Origin: Candidatus Limnocylindria bacterium
GTDB taxonomy: Bacteria > Patescibacteriota > Saccharimonadia > Saccharimonadales > JAGQNK01
Length of the DNA stretch: 64,000 nucleotides
Assembly: GCA_035489815.1 (NCBI GenBank)
Contig: DATHJH010000018.1
Location: 73,931-137,930, forward strand
Direction of reading: 5' to 3'
The position numbers and the translations under genes are program-made. Below the pieces are notes generated by a model. That model was not told where the DNA came from and made no database searches. It saw only the letters and a program-made list of their open reading frames with translations. Below, in pieces: positions 55,649-64,000 of this stretch (the first letter of the stretch is position 1; every line of letters starts with the position of its first letter).

Positions 55649-56728
55649 ATGAGGCGTATGTCTTCTGGCTCACTTGGCGGCAAGCATGACACTGGATACG
55701 GTCTATATGGTAGACCCGACTATTACAATGCACTAGCTGAAAAGATCGGCAAAACAAAAAAAGGTGATCGTATTGTTGTTGCGACTATGACCCTCAGCCT
55801 TAAGGACCCGTTTGTGCAGCGAATAATGCATGAGCTTCACACAGCAAGCAAACGTGGTGCTTTTGTGTACATGCTCGTAGACGCTCTTACTTTTATTGCC
55901 TACAAAGGATTCATGCCAAAGTATCCATTGCATTTAAAGCAATGGGCTACGTCGGCTCGATCTCGGGAAGTGCAGTCCTTGCAAAAGTTGGCCAAGCTTG
56001 GCGGCTACTATTCAATACTTAACTGGCCGGAGAGGTCGCAAGTAAATCCGTTCGCGCATCGCTCACATCTTAAGTTTGCCGTTGTGGGAAATTCTGTGTT
56101 CCTGGGAGGCGCCAACCTTACCACCTCCACGGTCACAGACTGCATCGTGGGATGGGAAGATGCCGCGAGCGCAGATTGGTTGTTCGGACAAGCCACGGAG
56201 ATTGCGGCAGAAAAGGATGTAAGTAGAGCCTTGGATTTGCATGATGTGGTTTTCCCGATCTCTGATTCCTCGCAGATTTTATTGGATGCCGGCTTGAAAA
56301 GGCAGTCAATGATTCTTCAAAGAGCGCTTGGGCTTGTGGACGCCGCGAAGCGAGAAGTGTGGATTACGAGTCAATTCTTCCCTAACGGCCGTATGGCTCG
56401 TCACCTGTCAGAAGCTATATCGCGCGGTGTGCATGTCAGGGCCTTTTATAACAGCCCCGCCAAGCATAACCCGCTGATTGCAGCCTGGCAGCGTGCTGTA
56501 ATCGCTACCGCCCAAAGAGCTTTATCACCAGATTTGTTTACTAACCAGCTGCCAAGCCAATCTGATTTTTTACATGCAAAAGTCCTCGCTACAGAACGCA
56601 GTGTCATGATCGGCAGCCATAACTATCTAGATAAAGGCGTTATGTTCGGCACGGCTGAAATCGCATTACAGAGTAATGATCCTAGATTGCACAAACAGAC
56701 TATGGATATGCTCAAGAAACTCGCGTAA
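55649..56728 (+). CDS. Phospholipase D-family protein with two HKD motifs (cardiolipin-synthase/PLD-like)
   Basis: HKD motifs HLKFAVVGNSVFLGGANL and HAKVLATERSVMIGSHNY. Confidence 0.75.
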   Translation: MRRMSSGSLGGKHDTGYGLYGRPDYYNALAEKIGKTKKGDRIVVATMTLSLKDPFVQRIMHELHTASKRGAFVYMLVDALTFIAYKGFMPKYPLHLKQWATSARSREVQSLQKLAKLGGYYSILNWPERSQVNPFAHRSHLKFAVVGNSVFLGGANLTTSTVTDCIVGWEDAASADWLFGQATEIAAEKDVSRALDLHDVVFPISDSSQILLDAGLKRQSMILQRALGLVDAAKREVWITSQFFPNGRMARHLSEAISRGVHVRAFYNSPAKHNPLIAAWQRAVIATAQRALSPDLFTNQLPSQSDFLHAKVLATERSVMIGSHNYLDKGVMFGTAEIALQSNDPRLHKQTMDMLKKLA

Positions 56729-57000
56729 CAATTGAACTACGCATCCTAGTACCCCGTCAACCATCCCTTGACGGGTCTGCCCTCCCAGAACCAGCACCAA
56801 ACAGCCCGGCTGCCCTGAAGGGTAGCCAAGGCTACGCTTCAGGAACATCCAGACTGCCTGGCACTACTTCTGGAAAGGCATCTAGCTGTCAGAGTATGGT
56901 TGACGGGGTACTAGTGCGCTTCCGTAAAGATGTCCGCAATCGCTTTTATCTTTCCGCTTTGCACAAGGATCATAGACCAGTCGGACCGCTCAATAATCCT

Positions 57001-57182
57001 TAGAACCTATCCAGGATCTTTTCACCACGGCCGAGAGCAGTTTTCGGGTGTGAGCCGGCTGTTTTTTGATTTGAAAGGTACCTGTAAGAAGGTACCTTTC
57101 GGAGCGATAGTCTATCAGAAGGCAGGTGGATTGCGTCTGAAAGGTGGTCGGAGTCAGAGGAAGAGATCCTGGATGGGTTCTT
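57001..57182. repeat. MITE-like element, 182 bp: TIRs TAGAACCTATCCAGGATCTTTTC / AAGAGATCCTGGATGGGTTCTTA with a structured core that includes the palindrome AAAGGTACCT-GTAAGAA-GGTACCTTT
   Basis: The TIRs match the 11391 palindrome and the 32021-32090 element; the outer core (CACCACGG...GGTGGTCGGAGTCAGAGG) is shared with the 32-kb copy. Confidence 0.55.
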
Positions 57183-57393
57183 AGAACCCGGAATTGGTTC
57201 TGTAGTAGGTTACCTCTCTATTCAAACGCTTTTAATTTGGACTTGGAGAACAATAGTTGTCTAATCATCATTGTTCTGCTTCTCGTCCTTTGTTGCGCTG
57301 TTTGCATCAGCTTCGTCTGGCTCCACCCGTATTAAATTCTATAATCGTCCCATATATCTCTGGGACGGAATCCGGGAAATAATACCTGTGGCT

Positions 57394-58422
57394 TTAGGCG
57401 ATAAGTTCTGGTTCCTGGACGAGAGTCACGTTGAATTTTTGCTGCACGGCACCTACAATTTTTTGCTTGAACTGCAATAGGTCTGCGGTTTTCCTGGCGT
57501 GTTCGTTGACTAATACGAGTGGTTGTTTTCCCCAAGTGGCCATGCCGGTTTCGGGGTCGTGAACGTCCTTAAAGCCGGTTTGTTCCAGCAGCCAGGCGGC
57601 AGACAGCTTGGTGTTTTCACCGTCAACTGCCCAGTGTGGCATAGCGGGGTAGGTTTCCAGCAGTTGGGCTGCCTGGTCAGACGGGATAATGGGGTTATGA
57701 AAGAAGGATCCATTGTTGGCGACCTGGGACGGGTCTGGCAGCTTGCTGGAGCGGATGGCAATCACGGCATCGCGAATAACTTGCGGCGTGTAGCTTGTTC
57801 TGCCGTGGGTTTCCAGGTAGCTTTGAAGGGCAGGGTAGAACGGGGGTTGGGGGTTGGTTTTAGTTACATGCAAGGTGATGGACGTGATGAAGAATCGGCT
57901 CTTGTCCTCCGCCTTGAACCGGCTGGTGCGGTACCCAAACTTGCACTCATCTGCCCGAAGGTTCACCAGCTGCTTGGCCTGCGTGTCGTAGGCTTCGACT
58001 GTCACTAAGACATCTTTGATTTCACGGCCGTAGGCACCCACGTTCTGAATGGGTGTGGCGCCCGCCGTGCCAGGAATGAGAGACAGCTGTTCAATGCCAC
58101 TGTAGCCCAGGTCAACCGTTTTTCGGACGGTTTCGTCCCAGTTTTCGCCCGCACCAACCACAACATACATATCCGCGTCGTCCTGTTGGAGCGGTTCGAA
58201 TCCCATGATTTTATTCACCAGGACGAGTCCGGGGAAACCCCCATCGCCCCAGATAATATTGCTGCCGCTGCCGATCATCATGACGGGCAACTGGTGCTGT
58301 TCGGCCCAGGCCACTGCTTCGGCAATCTCAAACCTGTCAGTAATGTCTGCCAGGTAGCGCGCCGGACCGCCGAGGCGCATGGTCGAGTGCTGGCTGAGAG
58401 GGACGTTTTCCTGGATTTGCAT
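57394..58422 (-). CDS. murB: UDP-N-acetylenolpyruvoylglucosamine reductase
   Basis: FAD-binding N-terminal domain (STMRLGGPARY...IGSGSNII) and MurB C-terminal domain; 342 aa. Confidence 0.9.
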   Translation of the reverse strand: MQIQENVPLSQHSTMRLGGPARYLADITDRFEIAEAVAWAEQHQLPVMMIGSGSNIIWGDGGFPGLVLVNKIMGFEPLQQDDADMYVVVGAGENWDETVRKTVDLGYSGIEQLSLIPGTAGATPIQNVGAYGREIKDVLVTVEAYDTQAKQLVNLRADECKFGYRTSRFKAEDKSRFFITSITLHVTKTNPQPPFYPALQSYLETHGRTSYTPQVIRDAVIAIRSSKLPDPSQVANNGSFFHNPIIPSDQAAQLLETYPAMPHWAVDGENTKLSAAWLLEQTGFKDVHDPETGMATWGKQPLVLVNEHARKTADLLQFKQKIVGAVQQKFNVTLVQEPELIA

Positions 58423-58484
58423 GAGATCATTGTATCAGCTACACCTTGATCACTGCGAGTAACAGGAGTACCATATAGCAACGT

Positions 58485-59036
58485 ATGAGTGAGAAGCAAA
58501 AGAAGGAGTATCCTTATCAAACCCTGGGCATGTGGCTCAAACGCATGCGTGAGAAAAAGCAGGAGAGCCTGGCAGAAGTCTCTGGAGCGGTAGAGATTGA
58601 TACTGACCTGTTGTCTGACATGGAGCGCGGTGTCAGACGGCCGGGCGAAGACATCCTTATGCTGCTCATCAGCTATTTTGCGGTCAAGGAAGAAGACGCC
58701 GTAGAGATCTGGGAAATGGCCGGCTATTCCAGGCCGGATGAGGCGGACGCCGCAATTGGACCAGATACTGTTGTCCAGCCCGTGCTGGTTATGCCCATGG
58801 ACGCGCGTATTGTCTATACCGATATGGTGCACCTTACCACTACGCAATACGGTGTTACGATTAACTTTTTGCAGTCGGACGGCATCGGTAGCCAACCGCT
58901 GGCCGTGTCCCGCGTGGGGATGAGCCACGAACACGCCGTAAAACTCCTCGGAACGCTGGAAAAGGCGCTGCGGCCCAAAGAACCAAAACTCCTGCCGGCA
59001 CCAGAGTCAAAAACCGATACATCTCAGGACGGCTGA
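58485..59036 (+). CDS. Hypothetical protein with an N-terminal HTH-like segment
   Basis: 183 aa; LGMWLKRMREKKQESLAEVSGAVEIDTDLLSDMERG resembles an XRE-type HTH; weak. Confidence 0.4.
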   Translation: MSEKQKKEYPYQTLGMWLKRMREKKQESLAEVSGAVEIDTDLLSDMERGVRRPGEDILMLLISYFAVKEEDAVEIWEMAGYSRPDEADAAIGPDTVVQPVLVMPMDARIVYTDMVHLTTTQYGVTINFLQSDGIGSQPLAVSRVGMSHEHAVKLLGTLEKALRPKEPKLLPAPESKTDTSQDG

Positions 59037-59203
59037 AGCTAAGCCCACAGACACATTTATCCTCAAGACGCTTTCAGCTGGTGATACCCTCTTTGTTGTC
59101 AAAAATGCCGTGGGTCAGGTTGGAAATTATTACCAATAGGGGTACTATAGGCTTAAGCGTTTCATGATCATACATCAGATCACTAATGAGAAGGAGATTG
59201 TAC

Positions 59204-59524
59204 ATGAACCCAGACGCCGCTAACCCTAATCCCCAGGCCCCAAATGACCCTGTGTCCCCGGCTTCACCCGTTGTTCCGCCGGCCGCACCGGATGCCGGAG
59301 TACCGGCTCCAGTAGATTCCACGCCGGTCCCGCCTACGGGTCCAACTGAAACTCCGGCCGCACCGGTAGCAGAAACACCCTTTGCCACAGATCAACAAGT
59401 GCCAGCTGCGGGCATGCCGCCAGCGGCTCAGCCTGCCGTCCCGGACAAAAAGTTCATCATCATAGCCGGCGTCGCAGCGGTTGTACTGATCGCAGTACTT
59501 GCCGCGTTGATGCTTATGGGGTAG
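59204..59524 (+). CDS. Proline-rich tail-anchored membrane protein
   Basis: SD AAGGAG before the ATG at 59204; ~80-aa P/A/V-rich region, then C-terminal TM FIIIAGVAAVVLIAVLAALMLMG. Confidence 0.4.
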   Translation: MNPDAANPNPQAPNDPVSPASPVVPPAAPDAGVPAPVDSTPVPPTGPTETPAAPVAETPFATDQQVPAAGMPPAAQPAVPDKKFIIIAGVAAVVLIAVLAALMLMG

Positions 59525-59732
59525 ATCACCCAAGCGTAGATAAGAAAAGGTTACTCCAAGCTTGTATCTGAGAGCTAATCCAATTCTCCCTGTCCGCCAA
59601 AACTGAAGGTCTATGGAGAGGAATCTGGTATAGTAACTGAAATGAATGAACCGTTATATCTGGCACAAGTGCCTGAGTCCAGGCGCTGGTCCCAGCCAGG
59701 GGTAGGGGGGGGTCGGCAGTAGTTGAATTTCT

Positions 59733-59815
59733 TAATTGACTGGATCCCGAATCAAGTTCGGGATGACACGGGGAAGCCGAACGTCATATCAGCTTGACTG
59801 GGTATCCAGTAGAAA
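59733..59815. repeat. Structured intergenic repeat, family member C (TTGACTGGAT, hairpin CCCGAA-TCAAGT-TTCGGG, ATGACACGG ... ATCCAGTAGA)
   Basis: Same motif set as 13841-13925 and 43921-44000 with covarying hairpin stems. Confidence 0.5.
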
Positions 59816-59964
59816 ATAAGGTTCGGTACTTCTACGGTTGCGGGGTTACTGCGTACGGTATTTGAACGACATTTTTGCCAAGGTTTTTGTTCGTCAATGA
59901 CATTGGTTACAATAAGTTACCAGGGCACCTTGTGCAATATGGTACCAATCGGTACCATGGTTGT

Positions 59965-60324
59965 ATGGCAGATACTATTTTTGACGCTGAATGTCCAACC
60001 CGTGAGGTGCTGGAAAACATTTCCAAAAAATGGGCAGCAGTAGCACTGTGCCTGCTGAGCGAGCGACCTCACCGCTTTAGCGAACTCCTGCATGGTATGG
60101 GCGGCGTATCGCAAAAGGTTCTGACCCAAACGCTGCGCAACCTGGAACGCCACGGACTGATTACCAGAACAGTAAACGCTACGACCGTGCCGATATCTGT
60201 TATTTATGCGCTGACCGGGCTGGGTGAGTCGCTGGCCGAGCCCATCGGCGCCATGCGTCGCTGGACCGAACAGCACATTGATGAGGTGGTCCGCGCCCAA
60301 AAAGTTTACGATACCAGGGAATGA
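59965..60324 (+). CDS. HxlR-family transcriptional regulator
   Basis: ISKKWAAVALCLLSERPHRFSELLHGMGGVSQKVLTQTLRNLERHGLITR wHTH; start taken at ATG 59965. Confidence 0.75.
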   Translation: MADTIFDAECPTREVLENISKKWAAVALCLLSERPHRFSELLHGMGGVSQKVLTQTLRNLERHGLITRTVNATTVPISVIYALTGLGESLAEPIGAMRRWTEQHIDEVVRAQKVYDTRE

Positions 60325-60550
60325 CCCAGCATCTGTTACGAGGCCAGCACCCCACTCCACCTACTCCTACAGGTCTAACCAACAAGCTCATCTTGCCGAA
60401 GGCTTAGGTGCAGTGGGGTTGCTATAGATAGCCCGGAGTCCCTAGACCATTCGCGCGGTTCAAGTCCTTGCTCAAATATGACAGCATCCGCGCCACCTAG
60501 AAAGGACGTATTACCTTGGGCACGTATCCAGGCTGTTTCTGGCAGCCCTA

Positions 60551-61129
60551 TCACAGGACGCGTATTTTCTTCATGGTACTGCCTGATTCGCTCTTCCCTG
60601 GTTCACCTTGATGGTCCTCTATGAGTGGGCCAGAAACAAAGTGTGGATTGATTTGAAAATCGACTAAGCCAATGGCCTCAAAATTGCCAAGCTCTACAAT
60701 CGGCATATCATTAGTAGTCATGATGGTTGGACAGGCGACATTGCTGCCCGCGCTTGTGCCCATATAGCCAGCGCCATGTTTAACTTTTTGTTTAATGGCG
60801 TCAAGCAAATCGTTGTCCTGGAGCGCTTTGAGCAGCCGGAATGTGTTACCGCCTCCAATAAAGATTGCCTTTACGTCATGCGCCTCTATGGCCCTGCGAG
60901 GGTCAGGCGTTCGATGCAAAGAAATAAATGTCCCGCCGACAGTCGGGTCAAGTCCGGTAAAGAACGCCTGAGCTGTATCGGCGTAGCCGTCCAAGTCGTA
61001 CTCAGCGTATGGGGCAAACAAAACATGACCAGGCGGGCAGCTATCCAGAAACTCTTTTACGGTTGCCCGACAATGCTCCAGGTATTCCTCATCTCCTGAG
61101 TACGAACTACTGATTAGTAGTAAGTTCAT
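60551..61129 (-). CDS. pepE: Peptidase E (S51 family, alpha-aspartyl dipeptidase)
   Basis: FIGGGNTFRLL and catalytic Ser in GTSAGSNV; 192 aa. Confidence 0.8.
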   Translation of the reverse strand: MNLLLISSSYSGDEEYLEHCRATVKEFLDSCPPGHVLFAPYAEYDLDGYADTAQAFFTGLDPTVGGTFISLHRTPDPRRAIEAHDVKAIFIGGGNTFRLLKALQDNDLLDAIKQKVKHGAGYMGTSAGSNVACPTIMTTNDMPIVELGNFEAIGLVDFQINPHFVSGPLIEDHQGEPGKSESGSTMKKIRVL

Positions 61130-61185
61130 ATGCCAACTATAGCAAAGAAAACCTTATAACGAAGCCTCTTGAAACATAAGCAAAA

Positions 61186-61262
61186 TGGTGCCCGTGGTAG
61201 GATTCGAACCTACGACTTTCTGCTCCGAAGGCAGACGCTCTAATCCACTGAGCTACACGGGC
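61186..61262 (-). tRNA. tRNA-Arg (anticodon TCG), CCA encoded
   Basis: Manual cloverleaf: acceptor GCCCGTG/CACGGGC, anticodon stem TCTGC/GCAGA, loop CTTCGGA, 77 nt. Confidence 0.8.
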
Positions 61263-61336
61263 AAGTGATGCACGAGTTATTGTACCAGATATCACCCCTG
61301 TTTGTTATAATTACTCTGACTGCAGCCAGTCCCGTT

Positions 61337-61464
61337 GACCAAACCAAGCAGCTTTAGCTGCTGTTTGGGCGACGGAAGAGGAGAGGGCTTGGTTGGGTAG
61401 CTAGAAGTGATGGGCAAACTTGTTTTGCCATCACTTCAGCTGCCGAACCATCACACCTCGACGC
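61337..61464. repeat. tRNA-upstream conserved structured element, copy 4, on the + strand directly 5' of tRNA-Arg(CCG)
   Basis: Reads as the reverse complement of copies 1-3 in window coordinates but has the same orientation relative to its tRNA. Confidence 0.6.
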
Positions 61465-61541
61465 GCACCCGTAGCTCAGCTGGATAGAGCGTTGGTTTCC
61501 GGTACCAAAGGTCGTAGGTTCAAATCCTATCGGGTGTACCA
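61465..61541 (+). tRNA. tRNA-Arg (anticodon CCG), CCA encoded
   Basis: Manual cloverleaf: acceptor GCACCCG/CGGGTGT, anticodon loop TTCCGGT, T-loop TTCAAAT, 77 nt. Confidence 0.9.
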
Positions 61542-61645
61542 AATCAACGCATCAGATTGTTTTAGTTCTAGTTCTATCACTCTATAGTTTGCATCATCTG
61601 TTATTTTAGTTCGAATCCCGATTGCTCTTTGATACAATTGCTTAT

Positions 61646-62032
61646 ATGAAACAACTTGAACAGACATACATCATTCATGCACCGGTTGAAAAAGTATGGC
61701 AAGCCCTCACAGACGCTGCCACGGCAGAACAATGGGGCGCAGGTCCGGCAAAAATTGATGCGACCGTGGGTGGTGAATATAGTTTTTGGGATGGAGATAT
61801 TCATGGTGTATTTACGAAACTTGAGCCAAATACCAGAATTGAGCAAGACTGGTACGGCCATGACAATCCAGCTTGGAAATATAACGTAGTATTTGAGTTT
61901 GAAGGCGATGATAAGGTCACAAATGTTAAGTTGACATACTCCGGCGATATTCTTGATGAACAAAAAGACATTACTGACTGGCAAGATTACTATTTTGACC
62001 CAATTAAGAAACTGCTGGAGCGGCCAGAATAG
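61646..62032 (+). CDS. SRPBCC-superfamily protein (AHSA1/polyketide-cyclase-like)
   Basis: MKQLEQTYIIHAPVEKVWQALTD...WGAG pattern typical of the SRPBCC/Aha1 domain; 128 aa from ATG 61646. Confidence 0.7.
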   Translation: MKQLEQTYIIHAPVEKVWQALTDAATAEQWGAGPAKIDATVGGEYSFWDGDIHGVFTKLEPNTRIEQDWYGHDNPAWKYNVVFEFEGDDKVTNVKLTYSGDILDEQKDITDWQDYYFDPIKKLLERPE

Positions 62033-62149
62033 TTCTAACCTGTGCCAAAGCGCTGTACCATTTCAACGCAACAGATTACATTAGTTCGAGAATTTAAACT
62101 CATTTCAAAGTCTTATCTGTTATTCAGTTCGAATCTCGATAGGTGTCAA

Positions 62150-62917
62150 TTATTTTGACTGAACGGATTCCAATACCGCTTCTGCGTCAAAAGGTGGCCC
62201 CCAAACTGTTGCAGCCTTACCTGAATTAATGACTGTTGTCACATCTTTGTGACTTGATATCATGGTCAAGTTTTCGCCTAGCATTTGCTGATAGAGTGTC
62301 CAGCTTGGATTAAAGAGTATTGGACGTTTAGCTAGAACAAACAATGAGCTGTCTCCAACTGTATCACCCATGTGTACATCAAGATGGCTCGTATCGCCAT
62401 TTCGAGCATCTGCGTATTCAGTTGCTTTATCAATACTATGAGCCTCGTCCGTGAACAGTCCTTCACGAGCTACATAGGTACTTCCCATTAATGCCACAAA
62501 ACCCAAATCTTCAGTAAATGGACCCATCAGCCACTCTGGCATAAGTGAAATTGAAACTACATTATGAGTTGCGTGCAGTTTTTCTATAATTGCTGTGGTT
62601 ATATTCCAACGCCTATGTCGTTGCTGATTTGCAACAATACGAGCTGCTTCATTTAGTTGACTTACCGATTTTCCAGGTACCTGTTCAATAAAGAAACGAA
62701 CGAGTTGACCTAAATGGGCAGTATATTTTTGTTCGGTATTGTCGTTTTTCCATTCTTGCTTGGCTGCGGTTATTTCAAAGGGCATTGGATCAAATACAGA
62801 TTGTTGTGATAACCAATCTGTATAGGCTTCGAGTACAGTCATTTTGAAAACAGTGCCGTCCAAATCAAAAGTTGCATCGGGCAAATCTGGATTAATACCG
62901 CCATTAAGCTCAATCAT
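62150..62917 (-). CDS. Hypothetical protein, possibly HAD-superfamily hydrolase
   Basis: N-terminal FDLDGTVF resembles HAD motif I (DxDGT); otherwise unassigned; 255 aa. Confidence 0.35.
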   Translation of the reverse strand: MIELNGGINPDLPDATFDLDGTVFKMTVLEAYTDWLSQQSVFDPMPFEITAAKQEWKNDNTEQKYTAHLGQLVRFFIEQVPGKSVSQLNEAARIVANQQRHRRWNITTAIIEKLHATHNVVSISLMPEWLMGPFTEDLGFVALMGSTYVAREGLFTDEAHSIDKATEYADARNGDTSHLDVHMGDTVGDSSLFVLAKRPILFNPSWTLYQQMLGENLTMISSHKDVTTVINSGKAATVWGPPFDAEAVLESVQSK

Positions 62918-63058
62918 TCTCTAAATATAGCAAAGAAGCCTCCTCTAACTATAAGCACAACTGAGAAATAAAGTTCTAACCTGTGCCAAAGCGCTGTACC
63001 ATTTCGCTTATGTTTAAACCTATCAGATTTAGGTTTTTTTGTTTGATATGATGTACTT

Positions 63059-63517
63059 ATGCGAACTATCTATCGCGATATCGTTGCCGGTTTAGTAGCC
63101 TCCAAAGACAACAAGTTCCTGTTCGGCATGAAAGATCCGAAAGGTGGCGGAGTTTATGCCGACTGTTGGCATACTCCTGGAGGTGGTATTGAAGAAGGAG
63201 AGACTCAACTCGAAGCGCTGGCAAGAGAGATGCAGGAAGAAATGGGACTTGATACTTCGAAAGCAAAAGTTACATTACTTGATGATAAAGGCGAAGGCGA
63301 ATCAGAAAAGAAGCTGAAGGACACTTACGAAGTAGTGAAAGTTAAAATGAAGTTTTTTGTATACAAAATTGACTTTGATAAAAATGCTGAAGATATTGAT
63401 GTTAAACCTGGTGATGACATAGAGAAGCTGTCTTGGGTCGACTCCGCTAGGCTAAAAGACGCCAAACTCACTCCGCCGTCGGTTGAACTTTTTAGTAGGC
63501 TTGGCTGGTTGAAGTAG
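63059..63517 (+). CDS. NUDIX hydrolase
   Basis: NUDIX box GGGIEEGETQLEALAREMQEEMG. Confidence 0.8.
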   Translation: MRTIYRDIVAGLVASKDNKFLFGMKDPKGGGVYADCWHTPGGGIEEGETQLEALAREMQEEMGLDTSKAKVTLLDDKGEGESEKKLKDTYEVVKVKMKFFVYKIDFDKNAEDIDVKPGDDIEKLSWVDSARLKDAKLTPPSVELFSRLGWLK

Positions 63518-63673
63518 AGACCAGGATGGTTCTATTTTGTATATCCTGCTGTACCAAATTCATATGACACAAAATAACACCTCTCAAGGTGAGACCTTAT
63601 AAAACCTTATAAAAATAGGGGTAGTAAGCATAAGTAATTTGCATTCATACGTATGATTTGCTAAAGTATACGT

Positions 63674-63916
63674 ATGAAAACGAAACTTACACTGAGCGTT
63701 GACCAAGATCTGGTGCAGTTTGCACGGCAGCAGGCACGTGCTCATAAAAAATCCGTTTCAGGTATGTTTTCGGAGTTTCTGACACATCGCAGAGCACAGG
63801 TAGACAAAGTAGCCGTGCCAAGTATTGCCAGCATGGCAGGCTCTCTGAAACACTATGCTGTTGACGACTCAAAAGAAGCTATTCGCGCAGCTTATGCCAA
63901 AAAATATTCTCGTTGA
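63674..63916 (+). CDS. Putative type II antitoxin (VapB-like) preceding a PIN toxin
   Basis: 80-aa ORF overlapping the start of a PIN-domain ORF by 23 nt. Confidence 0.5.
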   Translation: MKTKLTLSVDQDLVQFARQQARAHKKSVSGMFSEFLTHRRAQVDKVAVPSIASMAGSLKHYAVDDSKEAIRAAYAKKYSR

Positions 63917-64000
63917 CCTCAACGTTATTTTAGACGTTTTGCTTGAGCGCCGAGGGTTTAAAGCGTCGCAGTCAGTCCTGGAACTGCAGGTATCCAATTC
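63894..64000 (+). CDS. vapC: PIN-domain VapC toxin, N-terminus only (truncated by the window end)
   Basis: MPKNILVDLNVILDVLLERRG: canonical PIN N-terminal strand with the catalytic Asp. Confidence 0.6.
   Translation, partial: MPKNILVDLNVILDVLLERRGFKASQSVLELQVSN

Noticed and set aside
56930-57184. 84-aa + ORF
   Set aside because: Lies entirely within the 57-kb MITE-like element between its TIRs; translation of structured repeat DNA, not a gene
1-64000. CRISPR arrays, rRNA genes, integrases, transposases or prophage blocks
   Set aside because: No regularly spaced direct-repeat array, no rRNA-like conserved stretch, and no recombinase-like ORF next to any of the six tRNAs. The repeats present are dispersed singletons or inverted repeats, not arrays

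Overview
This 64-kb window comes from a densely coding, small-gene bacterial chromosome, with about 60 protein genes on both strands and 6 tRNAs. It carries no rRNA, CRISPR array, integrase or transposase ORF. The envelope markers are Gram-positive-like (sortases, LPXTG-type sorting signals, type IV pilus genes). Together with the abundance of toxin-antitoxin pairs and the short proteins, this fits a Patescibacteria/Saccharibacteria-like genome, but that is an inference. UGA is used as a stop codon (tsaE ends in TGA), so the standard code applies.

Recognisable housekeeping content:
- pilB-pilC-(relBE on the opposite strand)-pilA
- recA-(NUDIX remnant)-yefM/yoeB-recX
- an ABC-2 exporter pair
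- tsaE-tsaB
- rny ... MBL hydrolase-CYTH-ymdB
- tatA-tatC
- an MFS transporter with a divergent HxlR regulator
- VIT1 transporter, MsbA-like ABC exporter, GATase1, mazEF
- an HTH-fused murA, glyA, murB, a PLD-family protein, pepE
- two further NUDIX genes and a partial vapBC at the 3' edge

The most distinctive region is a ~12-kb cell-surface glycan locus at 36.8-49.1 kb. It holds two GH10 glycosidases, two paralogous sortase + processive GT2 (PgaC/NodC/cellulose-synthase-like) modules, and a secreted CE4 (NodB) deacetylase with three tandem CBM-like repeats. It also holds an unannotated 57-aa ORF that is essentially only an LPNTG sorting signal, with a strong SD and an attenuator-like terminator before the sortase.

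The intergenic space carries at least three dispersed families of structured repeats:
- a conserved long hairpin plus pyrimidine-box element immediately 5' of four tRNA genes
- a MITE-like family with about 23-bp terminal inverted repeats and variable cores
- an ACTGGAT-hairpin-ATGACA family

There are also several perfect palindromes. Likely pseudogenes are rdgB (frameshift plus in-frame TGA), an MFS gene split into three frames, a VapC N-terminal truncation and a NUDIX/Idi fragment.
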